54,893 nucleotides of DNA from a virus (lineage: Duplodnaviria > Caudoviricetes), in IMG/VR virus record IMGVR_UViG_3300022602_000126, positions 1 to 54,893 of that record, one strand, 5' to 3'. The notes under the pieces were generated by a model. The model saw nothing but the letters and a program-made list of their open reading frames with translations, did not search any database and had not been told where the DNA came from. The translations under genes and the position numbers were made by a program. Every line of letters starts with the position of its first letter. The stretch's first letter is position 1. Of this stretch, positions 46,130-54,893 are shown one piece after another.

Positions 46130-46765
46130 ATGGTATTTACACCAACGAATCCACCAAGTGGATATTATGTATATGCTTATATAAGAGCATCAAACAACAC
46201 TCCATATTATATTGGTAAAGGCAAAGCCGATAGAGCATGGTCTAAAAACCATAACATAAAAGTTCCAAAAAATAAAAATAAAATTATGATACTTGAACAC
46301 AATTTAACAGAAATTGGTGCGTTAGCAATCGAGCGTCGTATGATTGCTTGGTATGGTCGTCTTGATTTAGGAACTGGAATTTTAAGAAATATGACTGACG
46401 GCGGTGATGGAACAAGTGGTCGAATTTTTTCTCAAAATTCAAAAGAAAAGATATCAAAAACTTTGATGGGTCATAAAAGAACAAAAGAAAGTATAGAAAA
46501 AACAAGATTAGGAAATATGGGTTGTAAAAGAACCGAAAAGTTTAAGAAAAATTTATCTGAAAAAAGAACAGGAAAAAATAATCCATTTTATGGCAAAACA
46601 CATACAGATGAAGTTCGGCTGAAAATATCTAAATCCCATACAGGAAAAACATACAATCAGCCGAAATTTTATTGCGAACATTGTGGCATACTAACAATAA
46701 AATCAAATATTGTTAGATGGCATGGCGATAAATGTAAATCAAAATTTACCGTCAGCAACTTGTAG
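46130..46765 (+). CDS. GIY-YIG homing endonuclease with NUMOD3 repeats and C-terminal Cys/His motif
   Basis: YYVYAY..PYYIGKG, NPFYGKTHT, CEHC...RWH.DKC. Confidence 0.88.
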   Translation: MVFTPTNPPSGYYVYAYIRASNNTPYYIGKGKADRAWSKNHNIKVPKNKNKIMILEHNLTEIGALAIERRMIAWYGRLDLGTGILRNMTDGGDGTSGRIFSQNSKEKISKTLMGHKRTKESIEKTRLGNMGCKRTEKFKKNLSEKRTGKNNPFYGKTHTDEVRLKISKSHTGKTYNQPKFYCEHCGILTIKSNIVRWHGDKCKSKFTVSNL

Positions 46766-47179
46766 AACACGAACGCCTTCTGCTCTGATCGCCTGCACCA
46801 CTTGCTCTCTATCGTCGAACCATAAAAACGGTGGTCCCCAATCCTTACGGATTTGTTCAAGCAATTCTACCTTGACGATGCTATCCTTCCTGTAATCTTT
46901 TTCCGCTCGCATGTATAACGCATTGAAGTCAATACCATGCTGATGCAACCATGTTTCAGTAACTTTCCGTGTTTCCTCACCACGCCCACTGCACAAGATG
47001 ATACGGTCTCCACGAGCAAAGAACATACTCAACAGTTCAACAATATCCGCATGCACCGTATCATTAGCCATACCAGCGTTCCAAGCAGCCCAGTTCTTTG
47101 GCTTGCTTGCAACCCAATGCTTGCGATGTTCAGTGTTGGCAATCGTGCCATCAATGTCGCAAATTATAATCTTGTTCAT
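46739..47179 (-). CDS. HAD-family 3'-phosphatase (T4 PNKP phosphatase-domain-like)
   Basis: DIDGT, SGR, LYMR...D.RKD..VK, FDDR..VV. Confidence 0.88.
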   Translation of the reverse strand: MNKIIICDIDGTIANTEHRKHWVASKPKNWAAWNAGMANDTVHADIVELLSMFFARGDRIILCSGRGEETRKVTETWLHQHGIDFNALYMRAEKDYRKDSIVKVELLEQIRKDWGPPFLWFDDREQVVQAIRAEGVRVLQVADGKF

Positions 47180-47457
47180 CTTTTCTTAACTTTCTTTATC
47201 TTATTATAAATGCGTTCAATACCAACAAGGTCAGGATGTTTGTGTATCCACTGTCCTGTATCAGGTTCAAATTCTTTCTTGAAGAACGCATCCATTACCT
47301 CGTTATCAGTGGATACATTCTTGTCAATTTGTAGCGCCAGTTTATCAAAATCGCCATCGCTCATGATACTGTCGCTGTGCACCTCATAAGCATAAGCAGC
47401 AACCGATAATTTAATACGACGATGACGCTCAACCTCTACTGGACTGCCCCAACTCAT
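47176..47457 (-). CDS. small protein resembling NAD-dependent DNA ligase domain Ia
   Basis: AAYAYE....IMSD..FD.L pattern. Confidence 0.5.
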   Translation of the reverse strand: MSWGSPVEVERHRRIKLSVAAYAYEVHSDSIMSDGDFDKLALQIDKNVSTDNEVMDAFFKKEFEPDTGQWIHKHPDLVGIERIYNKIKKVKKR

Positions 47458-47612
47458 TTCAACCATTCCTTGTGATAGTTAATAAGGGTCTTAATTTGGT
47501 CACGAGTAAGTTCACCTCTGGACAGGAGACCGTCCATATATGAGTCAAAAATAAGGTTCTTTTTGTCACAATAAAGCGACACTAAAAAGCGTAATTTGTC
47601 CATGTCATACAT
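47454..47612 (-). CDS. hypothetical protein (52 aa)
   Basis: Read manually MYDMDKLRFLVSLYC...HKEWLK; AGGAG RBS; ATGA coupling. Confidence 0.6.
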   Translation of the reverse strand: MYDMDKLRFLVSLYCDKKNLIFDSYMDGLLSRGELTRDQIKTLINYHKEWLK

Positions 47613-47623
47613 CTTTTGTTCTC

Positions 47624-47713
47624 CTTATAACCAAATATAACACAAAAAATGCGGCTGTCAAGCGTTATTTTTCGCTTGACAAGACCTGAAAACATGTTAT
47701 ATTTGGTTATAAG
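47624..47713. promoter_or_regulatory. back-to-back mirrored sigma70-like promoters (inverted repeat)
   Basis: 19-bp perfect IR 47624-47642/47695-47713 plus 9-bp IR carrying TTGACA. Confidence 0.75.
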
Positions 47714-47727
47714 CAATGGAGAAAACT

Positions 47728-47844
47728 ATGCGTATCACTTGGAGTGACATAGCTGACCTATCTGTAATACTTTTCGCACTCTACTTTGTATTAAGTGGTA
47801 AAGTGTGGGATTTGATTGTTTATCTTGACCATGTGTTTTTCTAA
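47728..47844 (+). CDS. small membrane protein (38 aa)
   Basis: GGAG RBS after promoter; hydrophobic. Confidence 0.5.
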   Translation: MRITWSDIADLSVILFALYFVLSGKVWDLIVYLDHVFF

Positions 47845-47856
47845 TAGGAGAATAAA

Positions 47857-48078
47857 ATGAGTAATCAACGAGCAGGTAAAACCCATAGCGCCGCCCTCGT
47901 AGATGGCGACAAGATTCCCCTTACGTCAATTATCAAGTTCTTGAAAGATGCAAAGACCGATCTTGAAAAAAGCGGCGAGGAAGATGCTGCTCTTCGGTTT
48001 GAAATTCTCGCAGACTATCTAGTAGAAGACTATCGTGGTGGTGGCTTCAAATATTCTAGCAAGATGATCGGTTTGTAA
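47857..48078 (+). CDS. hypothetical protein
   Basis: AGGAG RBS, 73 aa. Confidence 0.7.
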   Translation: MSNQRAGKTHSAALVDGDKIPLTSIIKFLKDAKTDLEKSGEEDAALRFEILADYLVEDYRGGGFKYSSKMIGL

Positions 48079-48088
48079 TAACTACAAT

Positions 48089-49303
48089 ATGACCGATTGC
48101 AAACCAATTAAGCGTTGCCTATGTTGCGGCAATATCAATCTTAAACTTACATTAGACTTAGGTTCTCAGCCGCTTGCCAATAGTTTTAAGGCAACGGCTG
48201 TGGAGCCTGAAAACACTTATCCACTTGCGGTTAATTATTGTAGTGATTGTTCGCACCTACAATTAACCCATGCTGTTGATGCAAATATTATCTTTAAGAA
48301 TTATCTTTATGTGAGTGGCACTAGTCTCACGATGCAGAATTATTTTGCATGGTTTGCAGATTTTGTCATGGAATATTTTCCAGATGTTAAGCCTCGCAGA
48401 GTGCTAGAAATTGGTTGCAATGATGGCACACAGTTAAATTATTTCAAGAAGCATGGATTAGAAACCATTGGCATCGATCCTGCTGAAAACATCTACCCAA
48501 TCTCTTCCAAGAATCACAAGATTATTTGTGATTTCTTAACACCAGAAGCCTTGCTCAAAATAGACAAGACGCCTGATATCATCTATGCACAAAATGTATT
48601 TGCGCATCAGGATGATCCAGAAATGTTCTTAAAATTGTGTCGCAATATTATGAATGCTAACACGCTGCTATTCATCCAGAATAGTCAAAGTGATATGATT
48701 CAGAATAATGAATTTGATACAATTTATCATGAGCATCGCAACTTCTTCTCTGTCAAGAGTTTGTATACACTCGCTAGCAGTGTTGGCTTGAACATGATTG
48801 ATGTGTTCAAGGGAACTATTCATGGCGGCAGCAATATCTTCGTATTCTCTATTGACCAACATAGTCCTGCTCGTATTCAGGCATATCTTGATTGGGAACG
48901 TATTCAGGGCTTGCATGATTATGCAACTTATAAAGAATGGGCAGATGGAGCAAGACGCACTGTCAATGACCTTTCAATGGTCCTAGACGGGCAGCGCAAG
49001 GCTCATCAGCGGCTTGTGGTAGGATATGGCGCACCTGCGAAGGGTAATACGCTGCTTAACTTTGGAAACATCAATATGGACTTTATTATTGATGATAATC
49101 CGTTGAAGCAAGGCAAGTTCTCGCCAGGCATGAGCATCCCTGTTGTTACAATTGATGAATTAAAGAAATATCCTGACCGTGAGATTTGTTTCGTGCCGCT
49201 TGCATGGAATTTCTTTGACGAGATTGTTGGTCGTATCAAGAAAGTGCGCAACAATAAAGGCGACGTATTTGTGAGATATTTTCCAAACATCCAAATACAA
49301 TAA
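48089..49303 (+). CDS. NDP-sugar C-methyltransferase family protein
   Basis: N-terminal CxxC/CxxC zinc site, LG.QPLAN, EIGCNDG, YHEH, YGAPAKGNTLLN, LAWNF. Confidence 0.88.
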   Translation: MTDCKPIKRCLCCGNINLKLTLDLGSQPLANSFKATAVEPENTYPLAVNYCSDCSHLQLTHAVDANIIFKNYLYVSGTSLTMQNYFAWFADFVMEYFPDVKPRRVLEIGCNDGTQLNYFKKHGLETIGIDPAENIYPISSKNHKIICDFLTPEALLKIDKTPDIIYAQNVFAHQDDPEMFLKLCRNIMNANTLLFIQNSQSDMIQNNEFDTIYHEHRNFFSVKSLYTLASSVGLNMIDVFKGTIHGGSNIFVFSIDQHSPARIQAYLDWERIQGLHDYATYKEWADGARRTVNDLSMVLDGQRKAHQRLVVGYGAPAKGNTLLNFGNINMDFIIDDNPLKQGKFSPGMSIPVVTIDELKKYPDREICFVPLAWNFFDEIVGRIKKVRNNKGDVFVRYFPNIQIQ

Positions 49304-49311
49304 ATATCTTT

Positions 49312-50037
49312 ATGCGATTCAAACAGTTTAAACCATTATTAATTGAAAGCGGAAATGTATTTACAGGCACATCTTCTTTTGACCAAGCAATACTTCCCGA
49401 AGTATTGACTACGGTTAATAATGCGCTATCCAAGACTGGACTTAAAGTTATTCCAATCGGAAGCGGTGCTAATCCTGTCAAAGGAAAGATGAGTGGCGAC
49501 TATGATGTAATGACTGATGAAGGTGCGCTTATGGCGTTCTTTCAAACAAATGACGCCAAAGAAGCTAGACGCAAACTTGCTGACTATTTTAAGAGTCTTG
49601 GTTTTGACGCAGCACAAACTGGCGTTATTGTTCATGTCCTTGTTCCAATGGGCAAAGTCAATGTGCAAACTGATATCATGGTGGCACCAAATGCAGAAGC
49701 TGTAAGTCGTTTCCATCAGCACTCTTTGCCACAAAATAGTCCATATAAAGGCACTGATAAGATCATCGTTATGAGTGGTCTCGCTAAGTTAAAAAATATG
49801 ATGTGGAGTCCATATCAAGGTTTATTTGCTCGCAAGCCTGATGGTAAAAAAGGCGATCTTATATCACAGAATATTGATGATGTTGCAAAGAATTTGATTG
49901 GTCCAAATGCAAGTGGCAAAGACCTTGGCAGCGTAGAATCTATCTATGCTAAACTTACGCCAGATGTTAAAGAAAAGCTTAATGCAGCCCTAGCAAATGA
50001 TGCTGTATGGATGCAACGTAGGTCTGAACAGAAATGA
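49312..50037 (+). CDS. putative Pol-beta-superfamily nucleotidyltransferase
   Basis: hGS..SGDhDh (IGSG...SGDYDV) plus third Asp in VQTDIM. Confidence 0.5.
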   Translation: MRFKQFKPLLIESGNVFTGTSSFDQAILPEVLTTVNNALSKTGLKVIPIGSGANPVKGKMSGDYDVMTDEGALMAFFQTNDAKEARRKLADYFKSLGFDAAQTGVIVHVLVPMGKVNVQTDIMVAPNAEAVSRFHQHSLPQNSPYKGTDKIIVMSGLAKLKNMMWSPYQGLFARKPDGKKGDLISQNIDDVAKNLIGPNASGKDLGSVESIYAKLTPDVKEKLNAALANDAVWMQRRSEQK

Positions 50038-51392
50038 GAGCATTAGAGTTCATTGCAGAAGCCAAAGGAATTTTTGGTCGCAAGCATGGCGATACCTATG
50101 TTAATGATAATGGGCTAACTGCAACATTTAATTATGTTGAGATGTATCCTGATACAAAACCAAATAATGCTTACAAAGATCATGAAACAACGCTAGAAGC
50201 AATCAATCGTATTCAAATTAGAACAGGTAAAAAAATTACTTGGGTAAATGTTGAAAAGCCAATCAACAATGCTTTTGCTATTGCGTTTATGGATACTGAT
50301 GATGGCGATATTATGTTATGGGGACGTTGGTATAAATCTGTTCCAAACAATGTCATTAGCAGTTGGGCAAATAAAGAATTGCCACAAGGTTGGTTATGGA
50401 GCAGCAAAACTTCGGAAAAATCACGCAGTGGTATGACTCCACAAGATTTGATTAAAAGCGAAAACAAATTTACAGGCGCAGACGAACTTCTTCAAGCTAT
50501 TGAAAATAATGGCGCAAGTCCTGAGATTATGGAAGGATTGCGCATGGTTGCTGGCGGAGCAAGAGTTGCTGTGTTTAAAGGACTTGGCGATAAGTTATCC
50601 AGTGTGCGTGACCATCTTGGTGAAATCATTAGTCCACTTGCATTGATGAGTGGCGTTATTAAAGATACCAATGCAATCAATGCCAAAACAGATATTTTGA
50701 AAACTGATTACAATCGTTGCGCTGTATGGTTTCCACAAAGTAAAAGTAATAATTTAATTGACAGTGAGTTTGTTGCGCCAGACGGACATACATTGGGAGT
50801 TAGCACCAAGGGAAATAACGGTGCAAAGGCTAGTGTCAAGAATATTTGGGATGCAATGAATGAAGATAAAAATGCTTCATTAAAAAGAAAATATAAACAT
50901 GCAGTTAATATTGTCGAAACAATCGCCAATGAAGGTCAAAAGATGGGACCACTTGTATTGGGTGAACAACTAGGCGTTATCGATAGCTATTTAAAAGACG
51001 AAATTTTACATCATATTGATAGTAAAACAAATAAGCCAGAAGAAATGAGCCAAAATGCTCAAAAACTATTCATTGAATTTGGAAGTAGGGCTAGTAGCCC
51101 TGGTTATAATATTGGATTAGTATTACTTGCAAACTGTGCAAAGAAAGTTGCTCAAAAACTTAATGAAGATACAAAGTTTCAAGAAGCTTGTCGAGCATTT
51201 CTAAACCAAGCAAGTATCATTCAAGTTTATACTGATGCTAAAACAGTTGGCGACGATGTTCATATTACAGGATTTAGAACTGTATATCCGCCTAAATTTG
51301 ATGGTAGAGTAATGATCGATGCTGGTAAAAATTATACCAGCACCGCCATTAAAGGTAAGTTTTCATTTGATATTGGCAAAGGTGCCGTTTAA
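50034..51392 (+). CDS. hypothetical protein (possible PD-(D/E)XK-like domain)
   Basis: 452 aa; GE....P......LID........GVSTK pattern. Confidence 0.6.
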   Translation: MRALEFIAEAKGIFGRKHGDTYVNDNGLTATFNYVEMYPDTKPNNAYKDHETTLEAINRIQIRTGKKITWVNVEKPINNAFAIAFMDTDDGDIMLWGRWYKSVPNNVISSWANKELPQGWLWSSKTSEKSRSGMTPQDLIKSENKFTGADELLQAIENNGASPEIMEGLRMVAGGARVAVFKGLGDKLSSVRDHLGEIISPLALMSGVIKDTNAINAKTDILKTDYNRCAVWFPQSKSNNLIDSEFVAPDGHTLGVSTKGNNGAKASVKNIWDAMNEDKNASLKRKYKHAVNIVETIANEGQKMGPLVLGEQLGVIDSYLKDEILHHIDSKTNKPEEMSQNAQKLFIEFGSRASSPGYNIGLVLLANCAKKVAQKLNEDTKFQEACRAFLNQASIIQVYTDAKTVGDDVHITGFRTVYPPKFDGRVMIDAGKNYTSTAIKGKFSFDIGKGAV

Positions 51393-51766
51393 GCATCACG
51401 TGAAATATAGTGATGACGAATCTTCTGTGGCTTGAAATACTTTTCCACAGTAGAGAACACAAGTTCATTTTCAAATGGCTTGCATGAGAAAACATCAATA
51501 TAAAAATTGCCATCATTGTCACAGAAGTGACCAGTGATGTTTGAAGTTTCAATCATTTGACAAAGACTATAACCAGCCTTATCTGCTGCATGAGTAGCGA
51601 AACGTTCAATCCAAGGCTCACCAAATGCTGTCATATCAATAACAACAACTAGTTCCTTGATAAAGTTATAGATATTTTCCCTTGAACCGATAAGTTCCTT
51701 ATCGCCAGCGGTGGCATCAATCAATAAATGATACCCCCAAGAATTACATTTTTGCTTTAGTTCCAT
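51389..51766 (-). CDS. speD: S-adenosylmethionine decarboxylase proenzyme
   Basis: G.HLLID, GYS..Q.IETSNITGHF, IDVFSCK.F. Confidence 0.85.
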   Translation of the reverse strand: MELKQKCNSWGYHLLIDATAGDKELIGSRENIYNFIKELVVVIDMTAFGEPWIERFATHAADKAGYSLCQMIETSNITGHFCDNDGNFYIDVFSCKPFENELVFSTVEKYFKPQKIRHHYISRDA

Positions 51767-52358
51767 TTTTATTACCTTTCATGATTATAGACATTTTAAT
51801 TTTATGTTCTTCGGTGTGTTTATGACCAACCTTGCCTTTTCTAGCCAAACTTATTTTTAACTTAGTCTCTTCTGATTTTGGTTTTCGTAATTTTTGTTTA
51901 TGTTCTTCTGTCTTTGGTTTACGAAGTTTTTCTTTTGTTTCTTCTGTTCTATTTTTTCCTCGTAGCGCCATTGTTCTTTTTTCAATATGGTTTTTTGTTT
52001 GAGTAACACCTTTTGTAATACTTGCCGCCTTTAATGAACCTTCAATGCCTTTCTCATGTGATATTGCTATATTATTAGTTTCATTTAACCATTTGGTATC
52101 ATTAATAACGCCTATACGAGATAATACTTTTGTTTCCCAAAATCTGGCTAAATTTCTATCTGAAAAAATTTTACGAATTTGTATTATATCTGGATCACCA
52201 TTATCTTTTACAAATTGCTTTACATATTTACTACTAGTTTTATATGATTTCCACAATTCCGTAGGATTGCATCCAGTTGCATATCTAACCCCATAATACC
52301 ATTTATTATGAGAAGACCAACCTATTAAATAAGTATAAGGTATAGTATTTGTGTCCAT
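51744..52358 (-). CDS. homing-endonuclease-like protein (GIY-YIG variant, NUMOD3 repeats)
   Basis: YTYLIGW....WYYGVR...Y.TSSK, WE..VL, LN; KTEEHK repeats. Confidence 0.75.
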   Translation of the reverse strand: MDTNTIPYTYLIGWSSHNKWYYGVRYATGCNPTELWKSYKTSSKYVKQFVKDNGDPDIIQIRKIFSDRNLARFWETKVLSRIGVINDTKWLNETNNIAISHEKGIEGSLKAASITKGVTQTKNHIEKRTMALRGKNRTEETKEKLRKPKTEEHKQKLRKPKSEETKLKISLARKGKVGHKHTEEHKIKMSIIMKGNKNGTKAKM

Positions 52359-52361
52359 ATA

Positions 52362-52910
52362 TTATTTATTTGGATATACGCCCAACTTGTGAAAACACTC
52401 AGTTAGCCGTTGTACCTGAGACAAGCAGTCCCACAAAGCATGGTGCTTACTGTTTTGAGGAATAAAATGATCTGGAACTAATTTATAGATGGTACGAGCA
52501 TCTAATACTTGCCAGAATTGCCAAGAGTTATTATAACCTAATTGACGATTGCAACTTTCAAGGATACCAAAATCAAATTGAACACCATTTGCCCAATAAC
52601 GATCTGCGCCTTGCGCCCAATGGTTGAATGATTTCATGGCTTCGGCAAGTGGCAACCTATCAGTAGGAGCAAATGCTTCTGCTTTTGCTTCCTCATTTTG
52701 CTTTGACCACCACTGAACAGTATCTTCATCAATTTGGCGATTTTGGTTATCTACATCTACGCGACAATAGAAAAAATCTAAATCACGTGGATCAGCAATC
52801 ATACTGTAGTCACCCATACGATCAAAGGTGACGCCAGCAATAGTTAAAACGGTGGCATCAGGCGTTTTGCCCAATGTCTCGATATCGATCATCATGTCTC
52901 TGTGTTTCAT
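52362..52910 (-). CDS. DEDDh 3'-5' exonuclease (Rv2179c-like)
   Basis: MIDIETLG, WANG..FD, D.RT, HHALWD; TTGACA-N16-TATATT-N6-ATG promoter. Confidence 0.85.
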   Translation of the reverse strand: MKHRDMMIDIETLGKTPDATVLTIAGVTFDRMGDYSMIADPRDLDFFYCRVDVDNQNRQIDEDTVQWWSKQNEEAKAEAFAPTDRLPLAEAMKSFNHWAQGADRYWANGVQFDFGILESCNRQLGYNNSWQFWQVLDARTIYKLVPDHFIPQNSKHHALWDCLSQVQRLTECFHKLGVYPNK

Positions 52911-53154
52911 AGTCCTAATATACACTAAAATAACACATTGTCAATCTATTTTTTATTAAAAAATGGTAAATATAGTTAGTAAGTTTTTGGAGTACTATAT
53001 CGTGTCTTCTCAAGAATGGCAATGCATTAAGAACCATGTTCCTAATTTTCTAATTTGGCCAGAAGTTTGGTTGGGATGCGTATTTGGGTCTGTTAGCGGT
53101 GTAATACTCCTTGAAACAATATTAAAGATTATAATTCAATAAATTGGAAGTCAG

Positions 53155-53433
53155 ATGGATTTCTTAAAATTAGTTGGTGAAGTTGGATTCCCTATTGCAG
53201 CCGCCTGTGCAGGCGGTTATTTTGTTTTTTTAACCCTAAAATTTATTCTTGCTGGCGTTACGAGTAGCGTGAATGGTATCAAAGGTATCATTATGGCACT
53301 TGATAACCGTGTAAAGACGATGAACCACGATGTTATTAGAATTGATACACTTATGAGTAATGCACTTGGTGTACGTCCAGATTTAGATCGTATTGCTCGT
53401 GCAGACGGTAAGACAGATGCAAGGAGAGACTAA
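53155..53433 (+). CDS. membrane protein, paralog of 54173-54544
   Basis: GFPI.AA...GYF, I.AL..R.....D.IR. Confidence 0.75.
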   Translation: MDFLKLVGEVGFPIAAACAGGYFVFLTLKFILAGVTSSVNGIKGIIMALDNRVKTMNHDVIRIDTLMSNALGVRPDLDRIARADGKTDARRD

Positions 53434-53519
53434 ATGATAGAATATTTTGTAGTAGCAAGTCTGCTTATTCAAATGGCAGTAATTGTTTACGCAGGTAAAG
53501 ATTATCTTTTGAGAATAGC

Positions 53520-53765
53520 ATGAAACATTTGATATTAGCAACAGCATTGTTATTATCAACATCAGCAATTGCAGCTAATCATCATTTGCATGGAATGCAT
53601 ATTCCAATAGATCACACAATGCGACAAATTGGCGTACCAATACCAATCGATCCAGTTCCAGTAGGGGGACATCATTGGCATCATTTTCCTATCTGGACGA
53701 CATGTATGAATGGCAACGGAATGTGTCGTGTTAATATAGACCCATTACCAATAACGGAGAATTAA
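53520..53765 (+). CDS. exported His/Pro-rich small protein
   Basis: Signal peptide. Confidence 0.6.
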   Translation: MKHLILATALLLSTSAIAANHHLHGMHIPIDHTMRQIGVPIPIDPVPVGGHHWHHFPIWTTCMNGNGMCRVNIDPLPITEN

Positions 53766-53766
53766 A

Positions 53767-53970
53767 ATGAAGAAAGTATTGTTAATCGCAACAGTTATGG
53801 CATTTGCTTCAACTGGATTTGTAAGTTCAGCATTTGCTGCTAGCTGTGATCCTGTATCAAATGCAAAGGCTTGCAAAAGTGTAGTGCATCACAAGGCACC
53901 AAAGGCAGTAAAGAAAGCAACTGCTACTGTTTGCAAATTAAAAAATAAAAAGAAATGCCCTAAGAAGTAA
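53767..53970 (+). CDS. exported Lys-rich small protein
   Basis: GGAG RBS, signal peptide, 4 Cys. Confidence 0.65.
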   Translation: MKKVLLIATVMAFASTGFVSSAFAASCDPVSNAKACKSVVHHKAPKAVKKATATVCKLKNKKKCPKK

Positions 53971-54008
53971 TTAACCTTTTGTTAAATATTTGGTGGTAAA
54001 ATAATGAA

Positions 54009-54173
54009 GTGGAAAATAAACAGTATCCGTATCAGGTAGAAGAACGTCACCACGTTATGAGTGGATACCGATATTATACTGTTTATTTTCAAAATAGATT
54101 AATAATTATTACTAAAAATAAAAAAGTAGCAGACGAATACATAGAATTAAACAAGAAGCATAAAGAGAAATAA
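54009..54173 (+). CDS. hypothetical protein (54 aa)
   Basis: GTG start, TAATG coupling to next gene. Confidence 0.45.
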   Translation: MENKQYPYQVEERHHVMSGYRYYTVYFQNRLIIITKNKKVADEYIELNKKHKEK

Positions 54174-54544
54174 TGGAAGTCGGTTTAGCAGACGCAATCA
54201 ACAAATATGGGTTTCCCATCATCGCCGCCGCTGGAATGGGGTATTTTATATATTTTGTGTGGGTGTGGGCTACAACAGAAGTAAAACCTGTGCTAAGCGA
54301 AGCCAATACTGTATTGATTGCTCTTATTGATCGCATCCGTATGTTAGATAACGATCTTATCCGTCTTAACCAAAAGTTAAACATTGTACTAATGCTACGT
54401 GGTAAAGAGATTGAAAGTCAACGCCATCTTGATGATGCAAAGGCTGCTGTTGCTGCACAAAAGGTAGAACTAGAAGCAGAAAAAACGTTAAAGAAAGCAG
54501 CCAAAGAAATCAATAAAAACGAAGCGGCAAGCGGCAACGGCTGA
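54173..54544 (+). CDS. membrane protein, paralog of 53155-53433
   Basis: YGFPIIAA.G.GYF, LIALIDRIR.LDNDLIRL. Confidence 0.75.
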   Translation: MEVGLADAINKYGFPIIAAAGMGYFIYFVWVWATTEVKPVLSEANTVLIALIDRIRMLDNDLIRLNQKLNIVLMLRGKEIESQRHLDDAKAAVAAQKVELEAEKTLKKAAKEINKNEAASGNG

Positions 54545-54893
54545 TTACTTGGTGTTGGTTCTGAAAACACCGTCCCAACCTTCGCCTGGTGGATTAGCAG
54601 CCATCTCTGTACAACGTTCAATCCACATCTCATAATAGCCATCCATTTGTCCACCAAATGAACCCATGAGTTGTTTACATGCAGCGGCAGCAGTTTTAAA
54701 ACGTTGTGAGCGATAATCATCCATCATATTAAGATGAGCAATTTTTGCTGCTGCATCCGCAACAGTTAATACTGTGTGAATATTAACGCCTTCTTTCTTT
54801 CCCTTAACTGCAATACAATCTAACGGTAGCGTGAAATAATCGCTCTTTACATAATCATTAGTCTTATCACCAATCACCATAGCAACGTGATAT
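54545..54893 (-). CDS. class III adenylate/guanylate cyclase, C-terminal part (runs off window end)
   Basis: LD.IAVKGK.E.V.I.T and terminal P..GWDGVF...TK typical of bacterial class III cyclases. Confidence 0.75.
   Translation of the reverse strand, partial: YHVAMVIGDKTNDYVKSDYFTLPLDCIAVKGKKEGVNIHTVLTVADAAAKIAHLNMMDDYRSQRFKTAAAACKQLMGSFGGQMDGYYEMWIERCTEMAANPPGEGWDGVFRTNTK

Overview
This is a segment of a large, AT-rich tailed-phage (jumbo/T4-like myovirus-type) genome, densely coding and mostly on the minus strand; a Gram-negative host is inferred from the two-component spanins. It contains chaperones (DnaJ, ClpA, GroES), a spanin/holin cassette and GH19 endolysin, PhoH, a clamp loader, a DnaE fragment, MazG, virion proteins, IscA, IF-1, a DNA methyltransferase, an RNA-repair kit (Rnl1-type ligase, PNK kinase, phosphatase), SpeD, a partial class III cyclase, 5 tRNAs and 9 free-standing homing-endonuclease-type genes. 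Four observations stand out. (1) A ~65-nt cassette (TAAATA late-promoter box + covarying two-hairpin leader + CAGCA-start) precedes six endonuclease genes of two unrelated families. (2) One of these elements splits the RNA ligase into two separately expressed halves. (3) A ~218-nt A-rich, repeat-containing candidate ncRNA has its own promoter and terminator. (4) Two endonucleases terminate inside the 5' ends of tRNA genes. Protein calls rest on motifs recognised by eye; no database search was run.
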